Assembly (NCBI GenBank): GCA_022813965.1 | Contig: JALDZS010000150.1 | Location: forward strand, 1-60,231 | From: Toensbergia leucococca | Taxonomy: Eukaryota | DNA length: 60,231 bases | Direction of reading: 5' to 3' | Shown: positions 49,131 to 60,231 of the stretch, one piece after another | Layout: each line of letters opens with the position of its first letter | Position numbering within the stretch: the stretch's first letter is position 1 | The notes under the pieces: generated by a model | Database searches by the model: none | What the model was told of the DNA's origin: nothing | What the model saw: the letters and a program-made list of their open reading frames with translations, nothing else | Position numbers and translations under genes: made by a program

Positions 49131-50028
49131 ATGGCCCCTACAGCACGCATCGCCGTTCTCGAATGCGACACGCCCCTCGCTCACACCCGAGCCAAGTACG
49201 GCAGCTACGGCGGCGTCTTCATATCTCTGCTGCAAGCTGGCGCCGAGGCGTCAAAGATCCCGAGTCAGGACCTGAAGATATCGACCTGGGATGTTGTGAA
49301 TGAGGAGAAATACCCCGAGTTGGAGAACATTGATGCGATTCTTATTACTGGGTCCAGTATGTATGCTATCATCCCCCCCACGGTCACAAAAAATGGCAAG
49401 ATCAACTGGGGGGAATGTGGCGTAGGACTGATTCTGAGATTGGAAGAAATTAGGGTTCAATGCCTTCGATGATACGCCTTGGTTGCTGCGGTTGGTGGAA
49501 TATGTGAAAAATGTGCTGGCGCAGGATCGGGTGAGGATAATTGGTGTTTGTTTTGGGCATCAAGTAGTTGGGCGAGCGATGGGGGCTAAGGTGGCGAGAA
49601 GTAATCGCGGATGGGAAGCTTCGGTTTGCGAGGTCGACTTGTCCGAGAAGGGAAGGGAGGTATTTGGCAAGCAGAAATTAGTATGGAACCTCTCCAATTT
49701 GAGTTGGAAATCTTGGGCAGGCTAATTGCGAGTGAAGAATCTTCACCAAATGCACAAGGATATCGTATACCATTATCCGGGCGGCGTGCAGGAGTTGGGG
49801 TCGTCACCCAAGTGTGAGGTTCAGGGCATGTATGTGCCTAGGAGATTGATTACCGTGCAAGGACATCCGGAGTTTAACAAAGATATTGTGACGGAATTAT
49901 TGGAGACGAGGCATGAGCAGAGGATTTTTGATGATGAGACTTTTGAGGATGGGATGGCGAGGGTGGGGAATGCGCAGGATGGGGTCGTGGTTGCAAAGGC
50001 CTTTTTGAGGTTTGCGATGGAGTTGTAG
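49131..50028 (+). CDS. Class I glutamine amidotransferase-like protein (YLR126C family)
   Basis: RIAVLECDTP, ILITGS, nucleophile GVCFGHQ, QMHKD, triad QGHPEF; two introns. Confidence 0.93.
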
Positions 50029-50234
50029 GGCAGGTACGAGTTTTGAGTACAGAAAAACGGATCTTTAGATGGGAATTTGGGATGAATTGGTTGGCAATGC
50101 CGGAGGGAGTACTGCGACGTGATAGACCACATGAAAATAGATACCAAAAAAGTAATAGCAGGCCGGCCAGATAGCGATTCAAAACCTTGGATAAAGTCCT
50201 TCGCTTGATATTCTTTGAGCAAAAATCGTGTTCC

Positions 50235-51642
50235 TTATCTTGATCGTACCAGGATCACTAATATACCAACCAATGCAGCTCCAGCAGCAGCACCTTCTAA
50301 AGCCAGTGTCGTAATATCCACACGCCGCAAAACCATCTGCCGATCGCTGAACAAATCTCGGAAGCCTTCCTTGTACGCCTTGAACGCTGTCAGGGCGGCC
50401 GCATGGACCGATTCGATTGTGACCCTACCGTCTGATATAATCCCCTTTTCAGATAAAGCATCCTCTGGTATAGTCTCTTCCAGGAGAGGCTCGATCGACA
50501 CAGTCTCTGCTAGCAAAGTCTCATTGGGAACAGTCTCGTCGGCTACAGTCTCTCCTGGTAATGCCTCCTCAATTGAGGCTATCTCTTCTAGCCCGGCCTC
50601 TGTCGATAAAGCAACACTGTCGACTTCCTTCGCGGTACTGATACCTGAAGAAGCCGATGCAGCTTGTACAGCAGCAAACATTGCCCCCGTGGCTGCCCCT
50701 TCCTTCTCTAGCGCCTCCATGACCTTTTCTTCAAAACCTTTGACTAGTCGCTTCCTCCTCCAAGGCTCGACTCCAATCTGGAACACTAGGAACAGAAGAA
50801 CGTTGACACCCATTAGGCCCCAGGTTCCCCAAGTACTCATTCTCCGTATTTTGTCACTCCATATCTGTTCCTCATGATACCTAGCAAGTATACTCGTGCT
50901 CAATTTTGCAGCTGCTTCTTCAGCTTTGCGCTCCGCGGCTGCTAGAGTCTCCTGAGCTGTTGATTCGGATTGCTCATTTGCGTGGTCGGAGCGGTAGAGG
51001 GAGGTGAATCGTTCTAGATCCTGAGCGGACCAAGCGTGCTTGCGTTGAAGGAGCTCATTCACCTCTCGTTGGGATCCTGAGCGTTGAGCAATAGCCGTCG
51101 AGTATTGTTCCTTTGCCTGTAGAAGAAAGGTGCGGCTTGTCCGCACAATCTGCTCTGGTTTTGACGTCAGTGTGTGGTTTCTGGTGTGGTCTATGAAATG
51201 ACCGACCCTGTTCCTCAATATCCTTTTTCAATGCCTCAATACCGGAATAACCAGTCAGGTCGTTCAGCCTTTGCCCAGCTATGAAGATGTTTGATTGGAG
51301 ATGGTCCATGACATGGGAAAATCTCTTGGAAATGTGCGATCTTCGGCCCTCCTCTTGCGACGGCAGCTCTTTACGCTCCTTGAACATTGCAGCATCTTCT
51401 CCATTTGACGACTCATTACTCTGAGACGTCGAGATGACTCGTATCGTATTGTAGGAGGACCTTGTCTTTAATTTAAGGCTGGCGGACACGAGCCCTGGTC
51501 GAGGACTCTGACACTGGAGCCGACACTGTTGACAGATCCATGGCTTCACAACGTTACCCTGTGACAGGCAAGATTTGTAAGCGACAAAGTTCAATGGAGG
51601 ACTGCAGATTGACTTTGGGACATGTCGCAGCATGAATCTCAT
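50235..51642 (-). CDS. SHE9: Mitochondrial inner-membrane protein She9/Mdm33
   Basis: [76 protein letters not shown]; intron 51155-51206. Confidence 0.96.
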
Positions 51643-51796
51643 CGCTCTGTGTCAACATAAGGATCGTGTCTGATATTGATTCACAAGGCTGAAAGGTGTT
51701 GATGGGAGGAACAAGGTTTTGCCGACGTAAATTCATAAATTTGGGAAGCTCGATGATTCAAACATATGAGTGATTTTTCATATTACCATTGCACCC

Positions 51797-54700
51797 ATGG
51801 CACAAGCTGAACCCCGCCAGAAATCTAAGAGAACAAAACACGATGAGTCAGTCATGGGCGTAAGTCTTTGTGCCGTCTTGATTTATCCCTCAGCACTCTA
51901 CTAAAATTTAATACCACAGACCAATAACAGCAGCATTGTGTCCAAGAGGAGCGTCGAGCGCTTGTACTATCCAGAACCCCATTTTTTCCGACACTTTGTC
52001 AAGAAACCCCAGAGAAGGTCCCCTCTAATCAATCGAGGATACTGGCTGCGAATGCATGCCATTGAGTATGTCTTGCAGCAATTTCTTGACGAGCCTTCGG
52101 AAAAGAAAAAGATTGTCTTGAACCTTGGATGTGGTTAGTGAGTAAGACAAACCGGCAATTCGTGGTGTACTACTTCCTTGTGAGATTGACTCAACATTAG
52201 TGATGCTGTGGCTTTCCAATTCCTTTCCAACGACTATGCTAGATGCCATAATACCAAATTTGTGGACGTAGACTATCCGCAGTTGATCGCGAAGAAGTGC
52301 GAGACTATCCACAATACGCAGCAGCTTTTAGATCTTCTAGGGCCTGTACAAAAGTCCGCGAACACTGACCCAGTTCTGTTGCGTAGTGAAAAGTATATGG
52401 CATTGGGGTGCAATCTTCAAAACATCGACACGTTGGGAAAGGTTCTGAAAGATGAGCTCGACGCCACAAATTGCCTCTTGCTTTGTACAGCTGAAGTTTC
52501 TATTACGTATATGGACGTGAAAGCTGCAGATACTCTGATAGCGTGGGCAGCTTGTTATGACGACGGTATGTTGATGGAAATTGTCTTTCGTTTCAGAGCA
52601 GCATATTCAAAGGCTAATTTTCTATAGCACGCTTTTGTCTGCTCGAGCAATACTTCCCTACTGGTGCAGAACATCCCTTTGCAAAAACAATGATACAGCA
52701 CTTCGAAAAGTTGCAGACACCGTTGAAGTCTGTGCACCATTATCCTCACTTAGAGGATCAGCGTAATCGATTTCTGAATGCTGGTTGGGACTCGGCAACT
52801 GCTCGAAGTCTGTGGAGTCTGTGGGATGATGATAATTTCATGCCAACCGAACAGAGATCAGCTCTGAACGAAGTGGAACCCTTCGACGAATGGGAAGAGT
52901 TTGCGCTGTTCGCATCTCATTACTTCCTTCTTGTCGCTATTAAGAATAGACCCGGTGAAAATGGGTCTTCTTTGACTTTGACCAGCCCCTCCACGCTGCC
53001 CTCAGCACACCCTCCGCATGAATTTAGAGAGGAGTCTGCCAATGTCCCTATTTTGTGGATGTTACCTTCCAAGGGACTTTTGGATCGGGAGGGACATCGA
53101 AGATTTGGCGCAGTCACGCGAAGCTATTCAGGCAATTTGCATCACCACGGCGGACTTGGTAACCAGAGTCGGCTCAACTCTACTGATGTCTACGTTCTCG
53201 ACGGTACCCCACATACTGAACACGATGTTCCACCTTCTTTGATTGTAGCCCGAGTGTGTCATACCATGACTACCCTCGATGATGGTAATTGCTTACTTGT
53301 GGGTGGAAGAACGTCTCCAGACCAAGCACTGTCGGACTGCTGGCTTCGTCGGGGTACAAATTGGGAGAGGATCGACGATTTACCTTTGCCGCTCTATCGG
53401 CATTGTGCAACTGTTGTGACACTTTGCAACGGCACTTGTGGCGTCTTAGTCTTCGGTGGTAAGACAACCGCAGGTGTTGTAATGAATCGTTGGTTGATTT
53501 GGCGCGAGTCTGTTGGTTGGACGAGTGTTCAAGTTTTGGGCAAAGAAGCGGAGCCAAGCTTTGGAGCCGCCATGACAGCGACGTGTCTCAGGAAAGGCAT
53601 GCTGATTGGGGGTATGACAAGCAATAGTAAGGTTTGCTCTGGTTTCTGGAATTGGACACTTGAAGATAATGGGCCGCATCCAACTATTAGTATCAAATAT
53701 CGAAGCTGTGAGTTTGCCCATCTTCCAATGGACCTTCTGAACGCCGTTTTCAGGCTTGGTGCTTGCCTAGTATGGTCTCCAGTAGGGCTCTTACTCATTG
53801 GAGGTGTCTCGGCTCGAAATGTGCTATCTGAAGACCTTGAGATAATTGGGTTGCTTCCTATCAACAATAATACCACCACGATCAAAGCATCTATCCCACA
53901 GCCTTTCGTAATCAATTACAAGGTCTATGGCCCACGCCCGTTACTTGTGGGCCATACAGTGTTCGCCGATCAGAGGGCCACGGCTGTGGCAGGTGGCGGG
54001 GCTGTATGCTTCTCTTTTGGGACATACTGGAATCAGGGCATATGGACTCTGCAAAATGGCGGTGAGAAGCCAAAACAAATCTGGTATTTTGATGCAGAAA
54101 AAGGGCGTGGTTCACAGTCTGAGCCACGGAAAGTGTCCACGAATGAATTGATTGAAGTTAGGAGGAATTCTATGCAGTTGAACAGTATTCCAACGACTAT
54201 TCCGCGAGTACGAGTGAGTTCGGCCAGGGATTTCGAATTAATGCTGAATCAATCTCGGCCGGTCGTGTTAGAAGGGCTATACTTGGGAGCGTGCACCAAA
54301 GACTGGACACCAGCTGTTTTGAAGACCAAAGTCGGCGCTGATCGGGTTGTGAGTAGATCCATGAGACATCCATTCGCCGGAAGCCTCTGACAAATAAAGG
54401 TCGTGGTTCATCAAGCTACAGCTCAGCACATGGACTTTCAGAAGAAGAACTTTAGCTACATCACCAAGTCGTTCGGAGAATTCATCAGCGAGATATCTGA
54501 AGGATCCAAGCAGTATCTAAGATCACTTGCATCAGAACAGCCAACAGAGAGACCTGCAGAGCTTGCAATTGATTATCCAGAGCTCGCACTGGATTTCCAA
54601 TTACCACCACAGCTAAAGCTGGTGGAGGAAAATGCCCATAGCTCGCCCCTGAGAATATCTGGGCCGGTAACCATGTGGTTGCACTATGATGTGAGTCGCT

Positions 54701-55342
54701 AGCATTTGTTCGACATCTTTCTTGCCAGTATCAAGAAGGGGATTCAATCAAAGATTTGGAGTATTGGTAGCTTGTGGATTGTTTAATAGAAAACAGTACC
54801 GATCCTTGGTCACAGAATCGGACTTGATTGGATAAATGGATGGAGACAGGATTTCAGGAGCTGATACTCGGTAGGTCATGGCGAATGTGTTATGCCAGAT
54901 ACAAGGAGCAAAGCGACTCATTCTATACCCACCGTCCGACGTGGTACATCTTAAAATCCCTCCTGGTGCATCTAGCTCTTCAGTCAACGTATTTGACCCT
55001 GATGCCACTGTGATATCCCCCTCACTTGGAAACGCACACCCTTGGGAAGCTATCCTTGGCCCTGGAGATGTCCTCTTCATCCCTCCACTCTGGGCACATA
55101 GTGCTACGTCAATGGAGAATATCAGCGTCGCGGTCAATGTCTTCTTTCGCAGTGTTAAGACTGGCTACGCTGGTGGGAGAGACGTGTACGGGAACCGGGA
55201 TATGCAAGCTTACGAAAAGGGGAGGAAGGATATTTTGGGTATCGCCAAGTCTTTTGACAGGCTGCCTCCCGAGATGGGCAAATTCTACCTTTTACGCCTT
55301 GCGGCAGAGCTGCAGGAAAAGGCGCAGGAATTGGGCGCTTGA
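51797..55342 (+). CDS. PPM2: Wybutosine biosynthesis protein Ppm2/Tyw4 (LCM methyltransferase + Kelch + C-terminal JmjC)
   Basis: [45 protein letters not shown]; Kelch motifs ([13 protein letters not shown]); Jmj[25 protein letters not shown]; several introns. Confidence 0.93.
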
Positions 55343-56358
55343 TTCATGTGAGTTGATTAATTTAGGTATTGAGGCAGCATGCTAATACTCTTTAGATCGT
55401 CGATGGTCACATTCGGGCGTGATGGTCTAACTGCGAGTGGTTAGGGATCAGCAAAGTCAATTGCACCCTACGAGGTATGCCCCCATTGGCTTACTTGGCG
55501 AGTCCTCCATGACATGGCCATCGCTCTGGGTGTCGATAGTGGTCAAATCAATGCAACAGTGCTGTGCTGTGGTAACGCCCGTGATGTTCGCACTTGGGCC
55601 AAGCCTGCATGCACGATTGCGCAGGCTAAGATGATAACGTCGTCCTCGGATGGTCTTGATCGTGGAAGGCGTGGAATGTGTCAATGTGTGGTGGGACAGC
55701 AGCAAGTCGACGCGGGGTCAACGATTGATGATTGGCGCTACTGCCATTAGCACTAGCACCCGCATCCGATATGCATCGAGTACATGAAGTACACCTCGAG
55801 GAGGGGTCCAATGTAAGAATTGATAACCCGAAAGTTGCCAACGCTTCATTCCACTGCCTTCTTTGCACGAATACATACCAGCTACTCCACTGACAGTTGC
55901 ATCAAGCCCATTGACCCACCAGCGTCCATTGACCATCCTGCTGTGCTTCTGCTCCTAGCCCTTGGTATCCACGCCAGCGAGATTCCGACTGAACAGGCGT
56001 GTAATGTATTTCTACCCTTGGGTGAGCCATACCATGCGCTTGTCCTTACTGATCTGTCTTGCCTTACGCAGTACACGACTCTCAATTTCCCTTGACCGTT
56101 CTGTTGCAAGATAGCAGATATTCGGCCCTTATCGACACCAGAATTGTTGAATTGTACGAAAAGCATTGCGGCCTACACTTCGACTATAACCGATCTCGAT
56201 GATCTCCTCCAGTGAATACCCCACAACATCCGTTTCGTCAAACTTTGATATCTCCAATCTCCCAATCTCGCTCTCAAGTCTAGGTGCACAAGCGCGGCGG
56301 AGCCTAGGCTTGCAGCACTCATCCACACAAACATCATTGCCAATTACAAACATCTTCA

Positions 56359-58680
56359 ATGGCTTCGATAGGCTCTCGACTCAGGCAGTCGCCGACTCCT
56401 CCGCCGCATACACCTACTCTTAGCCTCGATACTTCGCAACTCCCTCATGTAGCTATACCGAATAAGCACATTCCATATTGCTCTCCTGGCCCGGCACCTG
56501 GTTCACAAATACGGACCCCTGCTACTCCCCCTGCATCACCACCATCGAAGCACCTTAGTATCCAGACCTTCTCTATCCTCTATCCTGCGGACACCTACCC
56601 AAAGATCGTCGATTCACCTCCAGTATATTCGATTGATGCTTCTACCTTAGCTGCGGCCTATGATCACATGGCAACGCAAAGTTTCCCAGACGCGAATCAG
56701 GTCTTTCCTTGGCTACATGGCTTACACCCAGATAATCAGATGCAATTAGCATTCTTCATCGCTCGACGGAAAGCCCTGCGAAAAACCCCGAAATGCTTGC
56801 GAGGCATTACCGTCGTTAAATTTGGTGGTGATCTTACGAGAGCCAAATTGAAAGCCGCCATAGCTCCCGAAGAATTATTTCTGCACAAATCTACATTTTT
56901 GGAGGTGGACCCACGAGATGGCTTCTCTGTTCGCAATTTCCAGATTCAAGCTGCCAAGATGGCTATGGTGTCGGATGTTGTGATTTATGGTGACGACAAC
57001 GCCGTAAAAGGTGATGGCATCGAAGACTTCGCGAAGAGTGTTGCGAGTGCGCAAATTGCCTTGAGCGAGAAATGTGATCCGGGCGGCAGGGATGGGCCTA
57101 TCTTCAATGTTTTCCTAGTCTCAAGTGAGTGCCAGAACAGGGACTTTACCTGTTTCTCATCCTCTACAGAAGTACTAATGTATTATAGGTCCTTTCAGTG
57201 AATTTGAGAAGGACTATTCAGAGCTTGTGGCTATAGATTCTCAAGGGCAAGCGACGGGCAATGTCATGGACTTCTGTGAGTTACCAGGAGATTGATTATT
57301 GCATTCAGTACACACCATCTAACATGACATAGTTCAGTGGGAGCGACAGGAGATGTGTGATATGTCGAAAGCATCCGAGATTTCGAATAATGTTTGGCTA
57401 GGTCCAAGTCCGGATTCATCTCTCAGTCCGTCATCACAATTGGAAGAAGACAAGCAAGAATTCGATATCTTAATCGATGCCAACGATCTCGCCCAGCCCC
57501 CTACGCTCAAAACACTGAACCGGATTGTTGAGCTAAGCAATTCCTCGCCACAGCACATAGAGTTTCCATCGTCGGGAAGCATCATGCCAGCGTCATGGTC
57601 ACAAACAGAGACCGATAGCCTTCTGGAGATGTGCCAGTGGATTCACATGATAGCGAATCCAATCATGACACCAGATAATAGCGAAGACGACGAGAAAGAC
57701 GTTGATGGCGATATTCCCATGAAAGTGTTTTCTCCTCGTTCGCGCAAGATCCTGATCCATTGCACAGATGGCTACACGGAAAGCTCGCTGCTCGGGTTGG
57801 CTTATTTCATGTATGCCGAATGTGCCCCAGTGCATGATGCCTGGCTTCGTCTTCATTGCGAGAAGAAACGGAACTTTTTCGCTTATCCGTCAGACGTGGC
57901 ACTGCTCAAATCCATTCAGACTCGGATTCTAGAGGAGTCACCCAGAGCATCACACCATATGCTAAAGGCAGCAAAACAGGAGCCACAGTGGCTAGCTCGC
58001 ATTGATGGGAGCTTGCCAAGCCGGGTTCTACCTTATATGTATCTTGGAAATTTAGGGCACGCAAACAATCCTGATTTGCTAAAGGCGATGGGTATCAACA
58101 GAATCTTGAGCGTTGGAGAACCTGTTGCATGGCCGAAGAGCCGATTGGAGAGCTGGGGCGCTCAAAATGTTCTATTTATCAACGGGGTTCAGGATAATGG
58201 GGTTGATCCTTTGATGAATGAATTTGAACGCTGTTTGGAGTTTATCGGTGAGAAACCCCCAATTACAGAATAGTCTGAATGTCTCGCTAATCTCGACATC
58301 ATAGAACAAGGGAAGGTGGACGGCACAGCAACACTCGTTCACTGCCGTGTCGGTGTCTCCCGTTCCGCAACCATCTGCATCGCCGAAGTCATGTCTTCCC
58401 TCAATCTCTCTTTTCCACGCGCATAGTATGTACTTCCCTCCCCCCCACAACTCAACCCTCCTCCAATTACACTCCCACTCACCACCACCCACGAAACAGT
58501 TGCTTCGTGCGCGCCCGCCGCCTCAACGTCATTATCCAACCCCATCTCCGCTTCGCCTACGAGCTCCTCAAGTGGGAGGAGGTGCTGCAATGCAGGCGCG
58601 GTCAGCCCCTGCGCCGGGAGCTGGAATGGGCGACTATTGCTCGAGAGATTGCGGCGATGAATAAGCCTTATTCGAGATGA
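56359..58680 (+). CDS. PPS1: Dual-specificity protein phosphatase Pps1
   Basis: VFPWLHGLHPDN, FSVRNFQIQ, IHCTDGYTESS, GSLPSRVLPYMYLGNLGHA, catalytic VHCRVGVSRS, RARRLNVIIQP; four introns. Confidence 0.95.
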
Positions 58681-60231
58681 TAGGGGTTGGCGGAATGTTT
58701 ACTAGCTTTTGGGGTGAGGTGCGTGGTGTATGATACGACCCTCGTCGTCGTCCTTTTGTTCTCTCTCATGACATGATTTGATGGGATGGACGGGAATGGA
58801 TATGAATGATGGGAGCATGAAATCTGGATGGGGAACATGAAACTGGATGAAGGGGGTTTGGGTCTATTAAGGAAATGTTTCACCACTCTTATGGATTGAG
58901 GGATTTAGGCGGCATTTCTTGCTAGGTGGCAGAGCTATGTACGTACGCAAAGGCCATCTTTTGTTCCTTTTGAGGGGAATCTCGTTTAGCTTGGGAAATA
59001 TTCTTTCCAATTAGCTGGAGCGTAAGTATATTCTTGTAATGTCGAGAGAGCTTTTTGTAATTGATTTCGCGATGTTGCAGTAAGTCAAGTTTAGTCTTCC
59101 GTCCTAATAGATATATAATACTCGCGGTGCCCGTACGGAAGCAAAATAGAAGCACTCTAGGAGTTGATAGAGTCAGGAGCAAGTATCGTGTGGGAAGGCC
59201 AAACAGAGAAATGTTGAAAAATTGAGAGAGAGTGCCATTGAGTAAAAAATCAATCGGTGACGAGCCATGGCGCCGGGAGCCATTGCATTTAAATTGAAAA
59301 TGGCCAGCAAGAACGAGAAAATACCGCCGTGCAAGCAAAATGCAAATGCTCATCGTCTCGAAGTGTATCATTCCATATCAGAACACCCAGCGTACTTGAC
59401 GTCATCGTAAATTCACTTGATATGTACCTAGGTACGTGAGCTACACATTTGTCCAAGCTATGCTCTAGTCCACATTAACTTTAGGATTGTTTCTAGAATT
59501 GAATCGCAATAAGATGTGTGGGTAATGTAGGCAGTTGAGGCCCCTGAAAGGACCTCCCAGGAGTCTAGTATACACATGTGTCATCCTTGAGCATCCCCCC
59601 TATTGTCGCAATTCTACGGATAGCTGGAGAAGAACATCTATCGTTCAGGGAAACCTTCACAAAAAACCAGAACCCAATAGGTGCCCTAGACATAGAAATA
59701 GTGGAACACATCCTGAGGATTGAGTTGAATAAAATCCTCCTCTTTGCCTCAGCATAAGATCCACTCATCACAGCTGTGTATCTTCTCCTCTATCCCTCCC
59801 TCTAGACCTGCCGTTGTGATGAATCGATCAGTCGCTCGCCGCTGTGGATCGTAGGGATTGATCAGACAGCTCATCGGATGCTGAGTTGGCGGATTTGTAG
59901 GCCTATATCCACCTTCATTCTTCTTCATCACAGCTACGTTTGACATCCAGCTAGATGAGTGCGTTTAATGTTCACTTTGACCCTCCCTACTTCACCGTCT
60001 TAACTTGATAGACAACCTCCTGCCATATTGTATATGCGGCAGCAGGTATCTGACGCGTCTCAAGTCTTGTTTGCCTTGTTGCCATAGTGAGATTTGAACT
60101 CACGCATCAATTCTGTACATAATACAGACTTGATGCACCTAGGGGCATGGCAAGCACCCCCTCTGGCAATCGCAATAAGATGTGTGTCTCACGGTCCGTG
60201 ATATGTCGTCAACAGTTCACAGGACCATTTT

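Noticed and set aside
1..60231. CRISPR arrays, rRNA or biosynthetic gene cluster
   Set aside because: None seen: no repeat-spacer structure, rRNA motifs or PKS/NRPS/terpene backbone genes.

Overview
A gene-dense stretch of an intron-containing filamentous ascomycete (Pezizomycotina) genome; gene set and intron style would fit a lichen-forming or related lineage, but that is inference. It carries about 23 protein-coding genes, mostly conserved housekeeping: a WSC-domain secreted protein (partial), SHE4/CRO1, TFB4, taspase, ARP3, NRC-2 kinase, DUF866, a PPR protein, cytochrome b561, RTP1, SmF, DAD3, MRPS5, TRM2, GFA, GNAT, GATase, SHE9, PPM2-JmjC and PPS1. It also holds a RIP-damaged non-autonomous pogo/Tc1-mariner element and a tRNA-like relic. 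The main discovery is that the ORF-poor gap at about 26.0-28.75 kb contains a ~2.6-2.7 kb telomerase RNA (TER) gene on the minus strand. Supporting signals occur in the expected order: a 9-nt UAACCCUAA template with an abutting boundary hairpin, a P5/P6/P6.1 (CR4/5) junction, 5'-3' long-range helices, a U-rich Sm-like 3' end, and a terminal intron with the non-canonical AUAAGU donor used for spliceosomal 3'-end cleavage. Secondary observations include repeated orientation-independent C-rich to G-rich skew flips and a homopolymer-frameshifted secreted Cys-rich protein. All identifications are by eye from motifs; no database search was run.
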